Below are positions 24,104 through 35,221 of a stretch of 64,000 bases of DNA, one piece after another; position 1 is the first letter of the stretch, and every line of letters starts with the position of its first letter. A program made the translations under genes and the position numbers. Below the pieces are notes generated by a model. The model worked only from the letters and a program-made list of their open reading frames with translations. It ran no database searches and was not told the origin of the DNA. The stretch comes from Eledone cirrhosa. Lineage: Eukaryota. The stretch is from the NCBI GenBank assembly GCA_964016885.1, contig OZ024743.1, forward strand, positions 309,008,001 through 309,072,000. The letters are read 5' to 3'.

Positions 24104-26071
24104 CTATTTATTGATCTATAACATACTTGACCTCCTTTTCAACCCAAGAAACATATAAGACATATGCGCATATTGATCAACAGTGGGGTGACATTCATCA
24201 AATGATATAGCATGGCAATTTACATATAAAGGTTACAGGATAAAAATAAAAATAAAAATAAAAATAAAAATAAAAATAAAAATAAAAATAAAAATAAAAA
24301 TAAAAATAAAAATGAAAATAAAGATAAACATGAAGTGTTGGCAGTCTATGAAGATAAAGCAAGAGGAAAGTTTAGAGTAGTCAGTGTATGAAACAATCTC
24401 ACGTGTAGCATGCACGCGTGTCTTATTTATACATGATTAGAGTGCGTCAGAATGATATTTGCGGGGTCAGGCAGTTGAAGCAGGCAATCGATCTTATTAT
24501 GTGGGCTGAATTATTAAGTCATTTATTCGCATACATCTGTATGATATACAGTCCCGGATGCAGGGAAACACCAAAATATCAGAAACTTTCAACATACTAT
24601 AAACCTTATTGTATCGTAGGCAAAGCCGTACCACTGTCTTCGCTCACAACTCACATAATCCATGAGACGCAATATATAGAACACGTGTCCATCGTATAAT
24701 TCACGATGGTTCGACATGTAATCAAGTTATATACCGTATCCAGTCGGTTCTTAATTACTAGATCATGCTGTTTAGATTCCGGAAGTGTCTGAATGACTAA
24801 GGGGAGTTAAAGCGTAAGGGGAGGTAACTAGCTAGTTATCTTGGTTAAATTATTATCCTAAACTGCATTAATGGTGATTCAAATACGTGCCTATCATATG
24901 AAGTTATAACTAATTTCTAGAGTATGTTTCCCATTTATAGGTTAGAGAGTTGTCCATTAAGAAGTACAAGGGTGTATATATTAGGATGATTACCATCCAT
25001 TAAGGGGTGTCATATCTGAACATTCTATAAGAGGAGTCAGACTCTCAAATCACTGTTCCATGCAAATGTAATATAACAGTAGGACCTGGTATGGTCCCAC
25101 TATTATATATGCCCCCCGGTAGGCTCCGGGTCATTGCATGTCTGAATCTCCGGTAAATATGAATACCTTCGGGGTGGTCCGGAGATCTAATTTCTCACAT
25201 AAGGGCACTAGTCTGGTCATCAAGCAATAGACAACCCCCATCTCATATATAAATCAATTAGGTATCGCATCTACAAGTTAGAGTGGAGTTTATTAATAGG
25301 TACTAAAGGAGTTCATATCATGATGATTACAATCTGGAGATTAAATCTCTCACACCAGGATACCTGACTGGCCACCAAGCAATACATAAACTCGCATCCC
25401 ACATATAGATCAGGTGTACCATCCACAAGTTAGAGTGGAGTCCAGTAACAAGTACTAAGAGAGTTCATATCAAGAAGACTACAATCCAACATGGGGTGCC
25501 ACACCTGGCCAATCCATAAGAAGAGTCAGACTACATAATTAATTACATGGGTCTCACTATCAGTAATGGTCTTATTATCGTACATGACTCCCGGCGAGAT
25601 TCAGGTTGTAGTATGACTGCATCCCCGGTAAATTCACCAGGGTGGTCCAGTGGCCGGTTCTCTCGTCAAAAGATGCCGGTCAGGTCACCAGGCAACACAG
25701 AGGCTCCTAACTCGTGCATCACCTGTGCATAGTTCATTGAACTGATCGTTTACAGTATATATTCACATAACAATACGATTATCTATCTAATCATCAATCT
25801 ATCTCTTGGTGGCAATCCATGCACAGGACTATGTTATCGCAACCAGTACCGTGTCCGCGGTTTATACTAATCTTATACTTGTGCAATGCAGTTTAAGTAG
25901 TCCACGGTCGAGATATCAGAATTAGAGGTACAAGGGGGTATTCCCAGGGTAGGTGGTACTAAAATGCTGTCAGTATTATCTTTAGAGTATATAAATGGGT
26001 GTGGATGTGAGGTGTAAGGTGAGCTACTGATGTTAATTGCTAGGGGTGGTGCCGGTTCCAGTCTGACATTA

Positions 26072-28559
26072 TTATATATAGGGTTTAAAGTTTTGGAACG
26101 AGTGTCGGAAGCGGTGTTGGCAAGTTGCGAACACTTCTGATTTTTTATTAAGGAGATTATGTTTAGAGAAGATGATAGTATGGGTCTCTAGTAGACAGAG
26201 GTTACAAAATTTATTAGGTGGTTTGTACGATGTTGCACTACCTACCGCTTCCCATTTAAGTGTATATATTTTATTTTTAGTTTTTAGATAGTGTATGTAG
26301 CTGGATAGTGAAGTGGAGTTGGCTAGACTGTGTTTTTTGAAAGAGTGGAGGTGCGAATTGTATCTAGTTTTGAAGCAGTTAGAAGTAGAGCCTATATAGG
26401 TTTCAGAAGAGTTGTTAGTTGTGACTGTACATGAGTATATGATATCCTTGGTTAAGCATTTTTTATCTAAAGGGCAGGTTCTACTTGATCTACAGTTACA
26501 ATTACTCTGGGTGCTAGTCTGCCGGTTACTATGCTGTGTAGAAGTTTGGATGTTAGCTATAGGGTTATGGTTATGTGGGTTGTGGTACGCAGCGTTAATG
26601 TTTACACTAGTGCTATTACTATTATTTCCATTAATATTATGGTTAGTTGCTATAATGTTACTTTGACTGTTATTTTGAATGTTATTTTGAAGGTTTATCG
26701 ACTGTTGTGATTTAGTTTGTTGGAAGTAAGAGTTAATTTTTCTTTTATTTGTACTAGCTATGTGGTATGCTAAGTTAGGCGTAGTAGAGTATGAGATCTT
26801 AATAGTGTTTTTGTTTAAAAGGCCGTGGTACCTGTGGCCGGATGGGAAGTGTTTATCTAGTAGTGAGAAGAAAGCCCTAGGTAGGTTGGTAGAGACGTTT
26901 AAATTGAAAGGAGGGTTGAAAAATGTATTATTTCTTCTTCTATTTCTGTTTTTTATGTCTGGTGATTTGTTTCCTTTAATGTTCCTATGGTAATTTCTGT
27001 GGTGCGGGTTACTTTTGTTGTTACTATCCCTATTAGTGTGTGTGCAGTTGCTATTCCTATTATTAAATTTTCCCATGGACATGTTGTGTGAAATGATGTT
27101 GTAGCTATGTGTTTTTGTAGGTAGGAACTCTATCCCTGTATTATGGCCTGATCTAGCTAATGCCTGATTATAATACTGCGAGTTATTGTTAAATGTGTTT
27201 ATGTCATAGGATAGATTAGAGATTCTATTAGATACTCTCTTAGAGATAGAGTTCAATATAGATTTAGGGTGGTTAGACTTGGTATCTACGTAGATGAGTT
27301 TTTCATTAGGTTTGTGGAAGGGTGCATATATCATTGAGTCTAGGTAGAGTGTGGCGTCTAGGAAGTTGACGTTTTTGGTGTTTTTGTCCATGGTAATACT
27401 AAGGTTAAAGTTTTTGAATGTTTTGTGCAATAGTTTTCTAGTCCTTTCTATATTGAATTTTTTATAGTCTATAAGTAGAAGTGCATCGTCGCGATACAAA
27501 CTACCGCTGAGGTACGGAAGTTCCCTGTGGATTTGGTTAAGTAAGTATAGGCCAACTAAATCAGTGACCTGCGCCGAGTCACTAGACCCCATAGTAATGT
27601 CGAAGTTGTTTTGCGTATCCTTGCGGGTCCATAATTGGTCTTCAAAGGTGATTATTGTTTTACGGGCCGCAAGTATGACATCAATCTGGGGTCTAGTCAG
27701 TTCACTATTGTCCATGGCCATTATAAGTGCCTTATTTAGTAGGATAGGGGAAATAGAGGTGTAGTAAGAGTTGATATCAAATTGAATACATTTTTTATCC
27801 TTGTTATCTATGGTATTTTTGAACCATTCAATCACCTCACCCGTATTTCCCCATTGTTTAAGGTAAATCTTGTGTTTAATCTGTGGGATGATTTTGTCTA
27901 GAATTTTTTTACTGATAATGCCAATGTCAGACCTGGAGGGGCAGATTAGTCTAATCGAGGGGTTGCTAATGAAGTCCACCTTATGGTCCTTCAGAGAGAA
28001 TCTAGGGGGGCGGTTTGGGGTGTAAGGTTGTGTATGTCTCTGGAGCCCTAGTTTGGATACTATATTATAGCCTTCCATATTAATATCTTCTAAGTTTTTC
28101 ATAGTGGTTTTCTTGTAGCTTTTATATAGTTCATTATATATAAACTTTCTATAGGTATTATAATCTAGGCTGTATATGTTATTAGTTTTGTCGGCATGTA
28201 CAAAAATTTTACTACTAGTTTTGAAGTCATTAATAGAGGTGCTAAGTTTGTTTAAGAAGGTGTTGTTTTTATTATGGTGTTTTTTTGTATTTAATGTTTT
28301 TAACTAGTTTAATTAGGTAGTTTTCGAAGTGGTTTAGTAGTGTGTTATGAGGGGGGCTTCTAAATGTTTTAAAGCCGAAGGAGTCAAATTTGTTGGTGTT
28401 ATTATCCTTGCCAGATTTGTTTCTATCATGATGGAATGTCCTCCATCTCACTCTATTGATAAAGGAGTTTACACTGTTGATCAACAACTTTTCATATGTA
28501 TTTTTGGTTGGTATAGGTATGTTCTTGGTTGACATAGGGAGTTGGTCTTTGATCAGCAT
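26072..28559 (-). pseudogene. PLE RT/GIY-YIG polyprotein (~829 codons) with a single frameshift near 28280
   Basis: KNIPIP, RWR, HADKT, RLICP, QFDINSYY, FDITMGSSD, YRDD, NFLD, FNPPF, CNC..CPL..C, IIY..YIG, CNLC..E..LLNKKSE..CQH. Confidence 0.92.
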
Positions 28560-28812
28560 GCTGGTAATTTATGGTATATCAGCTCAACAAAATGGAGCAG
28601 TTATTAGTATTAAAGATACTATTTATGGTTATGTATGTAATAAAACCTTTAATGGTAATATATTATTTATACAAACCTTAAATAGTGAAAGATAGTCATT
28701 AATTACTATCCTATTACCAGTAAGATAAATAGCTCAATGTAATAACATCAGTTGTTTTACAGAACAGTTATATAGAGATTACAATAATCAAAGTTCAGTT
28801 TAAGTCATTTAT

Positions 28813-28861
28813 TTGCTTACAATTGTTTCCTCCAAACCGAGGTTTGAATTCTTCGGAGCAA
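28813..28861 (-). ncRNA. pLTR hammerhead ribozyme (5' pLTR copy)
   Basis: Same fold as 24055-24103, with TTGCT/AGCAA stem I. Confidence 0.72.
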
Positions 28862-28925
28862 CTATTTACTGATCTATAACATACTTGACCTCCTTTTCAA
28901 CCCAAGAGACATATAAGACATATGC

Positions 28926-31900
28926 TCATCTACGTAGATACCAAGTCTAACCACCCTAAATCTATATTGAACTCTATCTCTAAGGGAGTATCTAATAGAA
29001 TCTCTAATCTATCCTATGACATAAACACATTTAACAATAACTCGCAGTATTATAATCAGGCATTAGCTAGATCAGGCCATAATACAGAGATAGAGTTCCT
29101 ACCTACAAAAACACATAGCTACAACATCATTTCACACAACATGTCCATGGGAAAATTTAATAATAGGAATAGCAACTGCACACACACTAATAGGGATAGT
29201 AACAACAAAAGTAACCCGCACCACAGAAATTACCATAGGAACATTAAAGGAAACAAATCACCAGACATAAAAAACAGAAATAGAAGAAGAAATAATACAT
29301 TTTTCAACCCTCCTTTCAATTTAAACGTCTCTACCAACCTACCTAGGGCTTTCTTCTCACTACTAGATAAACACTTCCCATCCGGCCACAGGTACCACGG
29401 CCTTTTAAACAAAAACACTATTAAGATCTCATACTCTACTACGCCTAACTTAGCATACCACATAGCTAGTACAAATAAAAGAAAAATTAACTCTTACTTC
29501 CAACAAACTAAATCACAACAGTCGATAAACCTTCAAAATAACATTCAAAATAACAGTCAAAGTAACATTATAGCAACTAACCATAATATTAATGGAAATA
29601 ATAGTAATAGCACTAGTGTAAACATTAACGCTGCGTACCACAACCCACATAACCATAACCCTATAGCTAACATCCAAACTTCTACACAGCATAGTAACCG
29701 GCAGACTAGCACCCAGAGTAATTGTAACTGTAGATCAAGTAGAACCTGCCCTTTAGATAAAAAATGCTTAACCAAGGATATCATATACTCATGTACAGTC
29801 ACAACTAACAACTCTTCTGAAACCTATATAGGCTCTACTTCTAACTGCTTCAAAACTAGATACAATTCGCACCTCCACTCTTTCAAAAAACACAGTCTAG
29901 CCAACTCCACTTCACTATCCAGCTACATACACTATCTAAAAACTAAAAATAAAATATATACACTTAAATGGGAAGCGGTAGGTAGTGCAACATCGTACAA
30001 ACCACCTAATAAATTTTGTAACCTCTGTCTACTAGAGACCCATACTATCATCTTCTCTAAACATAATCTCCTTAATAAAAAATCAGAAGTGTTCGCAACT
30101 TGCCAACACCGCTTCCGACACTCGTTCCAAAACTTTAAACCCTATATATAATAATGTCAGACTGGAACCGGCACCACCCCTAGCAATTAACATCAGTAGC
30201 TCACCTTACACCTCACATCCACACCCATTTATATACTCTAAAGATAATACTGACAGCATTTTAGTACCACCTACCCTGGGAATACCCCCTTGTACCTCTA
30301 ATTCTGATATCTCGACCGTGGACTACTTAAACTGCATTGCACAAGTATAAGATTAGTATAAACCGCGGACACGGTACTGGTTGCGATAACATAGTCCTGT
30401 GCATGGATTGCCACCAAGAGATAGATTGATGATTAGATAGATAATCGTATTGTTATGTGAATATATACTGTAAACGATCAGTTCAATGAACTATGCACAG
30501 GTGATGCACGAGTTAGGAGCCTCTGTGTTGCCTGGTGACCTGACCGGCATCTTTTGACGAGAGAACCGGCCACTGGACCACCCTGGTGAATTTATCGGGG
30601 ATGCAGTCATACTACAACCTGAATCTCGCCGGGAGTCATGTACAATATTAAGACCATTACTGATAGTGAGACCCATGTAATTAATTATGTAGTCTGACTC
30701 TTCTTATGGATTGGCCAGGTGTGGCACCCCATGTTGGATTGTAGTCTTCATGATATGAACTCCCTTAGTACTTGTTACTGGACTCCACTCTAACTTGTGG
30801 ATGGGACACCTGATCTATATGTGGGATGCGAGTTTATGTATTGCTTGGTGGCCAGACAAGTGTCCTGGTATGAGAGATTTAATCTCCAGATTGTAATCAT
30901 CATGATATGAACTCCTTTAGTACCTATTAATAGACTCCACTCTAACTTGTAGATGTGATACCTAATTGATTTATATATGAGATGGGGGTTGTCTATTGCT
31001 TGATGACCAGACTAGTGCCTTTATATGAGAAATTAGATCTCCGGACCACCCCGAAGGTATTCAGATTTACCGGAGATTCAGACATGCAATGACCCGGAGC
31101 CTACCGGGGGGCATATATAATAGTGGGACCATACCAGGTCCTACTGTTATATTACATTTGCATGGAACAGTGATTTGAGAGTCTGACTCCTCTTATAGAA
31201 TGTTCAGATATGACACCCCTTAATGGATGGTAATCATCCTAATATATACACCCTTGTACTTCTTAATGGACAACTCTCTAACCTATAAATGGGAAACATA
31301 CTCTAGAAATTAGTTATAACTTCATATGATAGGCACGTATTTGAATCACCATTAATGCAGTTTAGGATAATAATTTAACCAAGATAACTAGCTAGTTACC
31401 TCCCCTTACGCTTTAACTCCCCTTAGTCATTCAGACACTTCCGGAATCTAAACAGCATGATCTAGTAATTAAGAACCGACTGGATACGGTATATAACTTG
31501 ATTATATGCCGAACCATCGTGAATTATACGATGGACACGTATTCTATATATTGCGTCTCATGGATTATGTGAGTGGTGAGCGAAGACAGTGGTACCGCTT
31601 TGCCTACGATACAATAAGGTTTATAGTATGTTGAAAGTTTCTGATATTTTGGTGTTTCCCTGCATCCGGGACTGTATATCATACACATGTATGCGAATAA
31701 ATGACTTAATAATTCAGCCCACATAATAAGATCGATTGCCTGCTTCAACTGCCTGACCCTGCAAATATCATTCTGACGCACTCTAATCATGTATAAATAA
31801 GACACGCGTGCATGCTACACGTGAGATTGTTTCATACACTGACTACTCTAAACTTTCCTCTTGCTTTATCTTCATAGACTACCAACGCTTCATGTTTATC

Positions 31901-32154
31901 TTTATTTTCATTTTTGTTTTTATTTTTATTTTTATCCTGTAACCTTTATATGTAAATTGCCATGCTATATCATTTGATGAATGTCACCCCACTGTTGATC
32001 AATATGCGCATATGTCTTATATGTCTCTTGGGTTGAAAAGGAGGTCAAGTATGTTATAGATCAGTAAATAGTTGCTCCGAAGAATCCAAACCTCGGTTTG
32101 GAGGAAACAATTGTAAGCAAATAAATGACTTAAACTGAACTTTGATTATTGTAA

Positions 32155-32158
<4 letters not shown>
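28926..32158 (+). mobile_element. Inverted 5'-truncated copy of PLE 1 (mirror of ~24017-27298)
   Basis: ORF 28922-30151 is nearly identical to the C-terminal part of 26072-28102; UTR mirrored; ends in (TA)n. Confidence 0.95.
32072..32120 (+). ncRNA. Hammerhead ribozyme in the inverted arm of PLE 1
   Basis: TTGCT-CCGAAGA-A-TCCAAAC(ctcg)GTTTGGA-G-GAAAC-AATT-GTA-AGCAA. Confidence 0.75.
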
Positions 32159-32223
<65 letters not shown>

Positions 32224-32227
<4 letters not shown>

Positions 32228-32440
32228 GTTTTTGATTTAGGAACAAGGCCAGCAATGTTATAGGGAGTGGAAAGTCAATTAAACCGACTTCAGTGCATTA
32301 CTGGTACTTTATTTCATCAACCCCGTAAGGATGAAAGGCAAAGCTAAGCTCGGCGGGATTTGTATTTAGAACGTAAAGGGTAACTCTATTCATCAAAGCA
32401 GGGTGTCCGATGCTCTACCGAATCTGCCTATCCACTGCTC
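32224..32440 (-). mobile_element. tRNA-derived SINE, family A variant
   Basis: CTGGTACTTTATTT..CCCCGTAAGGATGAAAGGCAAAG..CTCGGCGGGATTTG core shared with the other copies. Confidence 0.75.
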
Positions 32441-32704
32441 TACCTGTGTCAGCCATCATTAGTAAAGAAAGTTGAAAATTATATAAAGTTATTTTTAAGC
32501 AGGGTTATTTATATTCAGTTATTAAGGTAGCGCAGAAACTCTGCTCAAATATAAGCTGTTATTTGTATTTGTATGATACTTGATATTTGGTGGATAATGA
32601 ATTTATTCAAGAGATATTTTAATTTACATATATTTTGGTTAAGATTTCGTCTCCTGTTTCGTTTGAGTAATAAAAGATATTGAAATTATTTAAGCCATCT
32701 TATT

Positions 32705-32975
32705 TGCGTGGATGTGCATAGCCTTGTGCTAAAGATGTTGGACGTACAATCCTAATGTAGTGAGTTCAATTCCTTGACTGGGTAGTGTGTTGTATTCCGG
32801 AGTAAAACACTTCATTTCACATTGCTTAAGTATATTCAGCTGAAAAATGAATACCAGCAATAGCTGGTGGTTTAACCCTGTGATGGCCTGACGTCCTGTC
32901 TAGGGGAGCTTTTTTTGTACTCTCAACCGCTCAACGGCACGGTTACCGGAATAAATAGCGACTTGATGATCCTCC
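32705..32975 (+). mobile_element. Second tRNA-type SINE family (decayed)
   Basis: B-box-like GAGTTCAATTCC, then AAAACACTTCATTTCACATTGCT..CAGCTG..AATGAATACC and AACCCTGTGATGG..CGTCCTGTCTAGGGG, resembling conserved-core SINE bodies. Confidence 0.55.
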
Positions 32976-33092
32976 AGGCCTGAGACAGACTTTAGACTTT
33001 TTTCTTGAACTTATTTATCAATCCTTGATATTTCGTTCTGATACTTTTTGACGCATTGTGATATATACCAGATTCAAATAGTTTTCTCTATA

Positions 33093-33285
33093 TAATTGTT
33101 TCTACTTTTGGCACAAGGCCAGCAATTAACCAGTGCATTACTGGTACTTTATTTTATCGACCTCGTAAGGATGAAAGGCAAAATTATCCTCGGCGGGATT
33201 TGAACTGAGAATGGCAAGGGCCGTAACTCTATGCGTCAAAGCATGGCGTCCGGCCCTCTACCGATACTGCCAATCCACCGCCCCT
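33093..33285 (-). mobile_element. tRNA-derived SINE, family A, full length
   Basis: Reverse strand GGCGGTGGATTGGCAGTATCGG (A box) .. CAGTTCAAATCC (B box), then core and tail. Confidence 0.8.
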
Positions 33286-33339
33286 CTATATATAATATAA
33301 TATATATTTTCTCCATATAATATAACATATTATATAATA

Positions 33340-34031
33340 CTAGCAGTGGTACCCGGCGTTGCACGGCATAAGGTATTTTGGAACGCGGGCCGACAACAGA
33401 CCTAATCGTGGAAAAACTGCATGCCTGGACAATATGTAAAGAAAATAAACCGAATACTCTGATGGCTGGATAATCTTGAAGATTTTCCTCGATGAAGCAG
33501 GAAAAATGCAGGTTTTCACCTAATGCGGGCCCTAAGGGTTCAAGAAAATGAATTTTTTTTATGTGCATAATATGCCTTGAAATTTTGGGAAAATCGACTA
33601 GACGTAACGCCTCAAAAAAAGCCCTAAAAAGCTGGAAAAAATGAAGTTTTTCACCTAATGCTGACCCTAGGCCATAAAAAGTTAGATTTTCTTTGCTCAC
33701 GGTATGAAGAAGAGACTGACTAATACATAGTTACAATTTCAAGGAAATCGGTCTGACGTAACGCCTAAAAAAACCCTAAAAAGCTGGGGGAAAACGCAGT
33801 TTTTCACCTAATGCGGGCCTTAGAGTATCAAAAAGTTGAATATTTTTATGTGCATAACACTCCCTGAAACATAAGTAATACACATGTAAAGTTTGAAAAA
33901 TATCGGTTGGTTACTTCGCGGGTTTCACCCCCCCCACCACACACACACATACAGGCATACACACATACACACACACATACTTACATACATACATACATCC
34001 TTCCTCAGTTTTATATATATACATATATAGA
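33340..34031 (-). mobile_element. Non-autonomous Helitron
   Basis: Reverse strand begins TC-TATATATG..ATAAAACTG and ends CCGTGCAACGCCGGGTACCACTG-CTAG; lies between A and T; internal ~140-bp imperfect repeats (TTTTCACCTAATGC). Confidence 0.85.
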
Positions 34032-34509
34032 TTAAAATTACAGATTAAAGTTTAAGCAAAGAATCGTTGCTTTCAACATTAACGGGATCTTCTGAAACTA
34101 AAAAATCAATCTGTGAACGCAGAAGTAAATATTTCGAAAAACGTTGCAACCGAAGGAAAACAGGAAGACGATACTTTGGTTCATGAAGACGTTCCCTGGC
34201 AATAAATGGAAAATAGCGAACATAATACGTCATCAATGTTCGTCAGAAAGTCGTAATGCAGACAGCCAGGCATACAGACAGATATTATAAGGGCGCGAGG
34301 GAGTTCGATAACCGGCGCCTAACGCGCCAGAAAATTGAAAAATAAAAGCTGAACAACAGAAAATTGAAAAATAAAAGCTGCAGTTAATATCTTTAGACCG
34401 CAAGGAATATTTAAATGCAAGTTTGAAGTCAATCGGAGTAGAAATGTGGATTTGTATAGACTGCAAAAATGAGGACACACAGACAACAACAGTTTTATAT
34501 ATATATAGA
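34032..34509 (-). mobile_element. Helitron 5' segment
   Basis: Reverse strand starts TCTATATATATATAAAACTGTTGTTGTCTGTGTGT; 34240-34500 is homologous to 45155-45405. Confidence 0.65.
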
Positions 34510-34775
34510 TTAGCAGAGGTACCCGGCGTTGCTCGGGTATTAAATAGCAGTTATGTATACCATTTATGTCAATATTTCAGTGCTGCTTCGAAAACTATAC
34601 TTTTACAAAATCATCGGTTTTTTCCCAAAGGCGGTTCCTTCAACCAGGGGTCCCCTACTGAATATGTGCCAATTCACATTGATCTTTAGAACAAACGTAG
34701 CCCATGTGTCAAGTTTTGTGAAAATCGGTTGTGAACTCCAGAAGTTATGACGTTTTGTTGCATTGCACTGCATAT
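34510..34775 (-). mobile_element. Helitron 3' segment
   Basis: Reverse strand ends ACCCGAGCAACGCCGGGTACCTCTG-CTAA, the same hairpin as at 33340. The right boundary is uncertain. Confidence 0.65.
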
Positions 34776-35147
34776 ATAGCTATTTCAGAGCGCCAATTCT
34801 AATTTTCAATTTCTGCTTGACCGGCAACCGCTCTGTATAATCACTTCCTGATTATTACTAAAAATTCTATAAGAATCAAACATTCATGAATTTCAGCAAA
34901 CAGGTGGAGTACTTGGCTTTGATAAGTACCAATCAGTACGAAACATAGCCCGTCAGCTTTATCTGCCCTGTTTGCTGAAAATTTAAAGTAAGTGAGTCTG
35001 TCACTACTCTAAAACAATAGTATAAGGTCTTCAAAATGCTTTTAATTAAGCATACAGTGTATTGCAAAATACACTATATATACATTCAAATATATATAGC
35101 TATTTCAGAGCGCCAATTCTAATTTTATATATATATATATATATATA

Positions 35148-35221
35148 CAGTAGCATGCACATATATATATATATATACATATATACATACATATGCATAC
35201 AGGTACACATACATATATGCA
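35148..35221 (-). repeat. Inverted fragment of the 466-bp unit at the array's 5' edge
   Basis: Reverse complement of ~35376-35450. Confidence 0.85.

Larger units (their letters stand above)
23848..28925 (-). mobile_element. Penelope-like element 1 (Naiad-type) with ~320-bp pseudo-LTRs
   Basis: Direct repeat 23848-24165 = 28606-28925; RT + GIY-YIG ORF; ~1.9-kb 3' non-coding region; 3' end abuts (TA)n. Confidence 0.92.

Noticed and set aside
26072-28559. Selenocysteine recoding as reported for some Naiad elements
   Set aside because: The ORF breaks in both PLEs are frameshifts or TAA/TAG stops, not in-frame TGA.
33093-33285. tRNA genes
   Set aside because: The A/B boxes belong to dispersed SINE heads; no complete cloverleaf.
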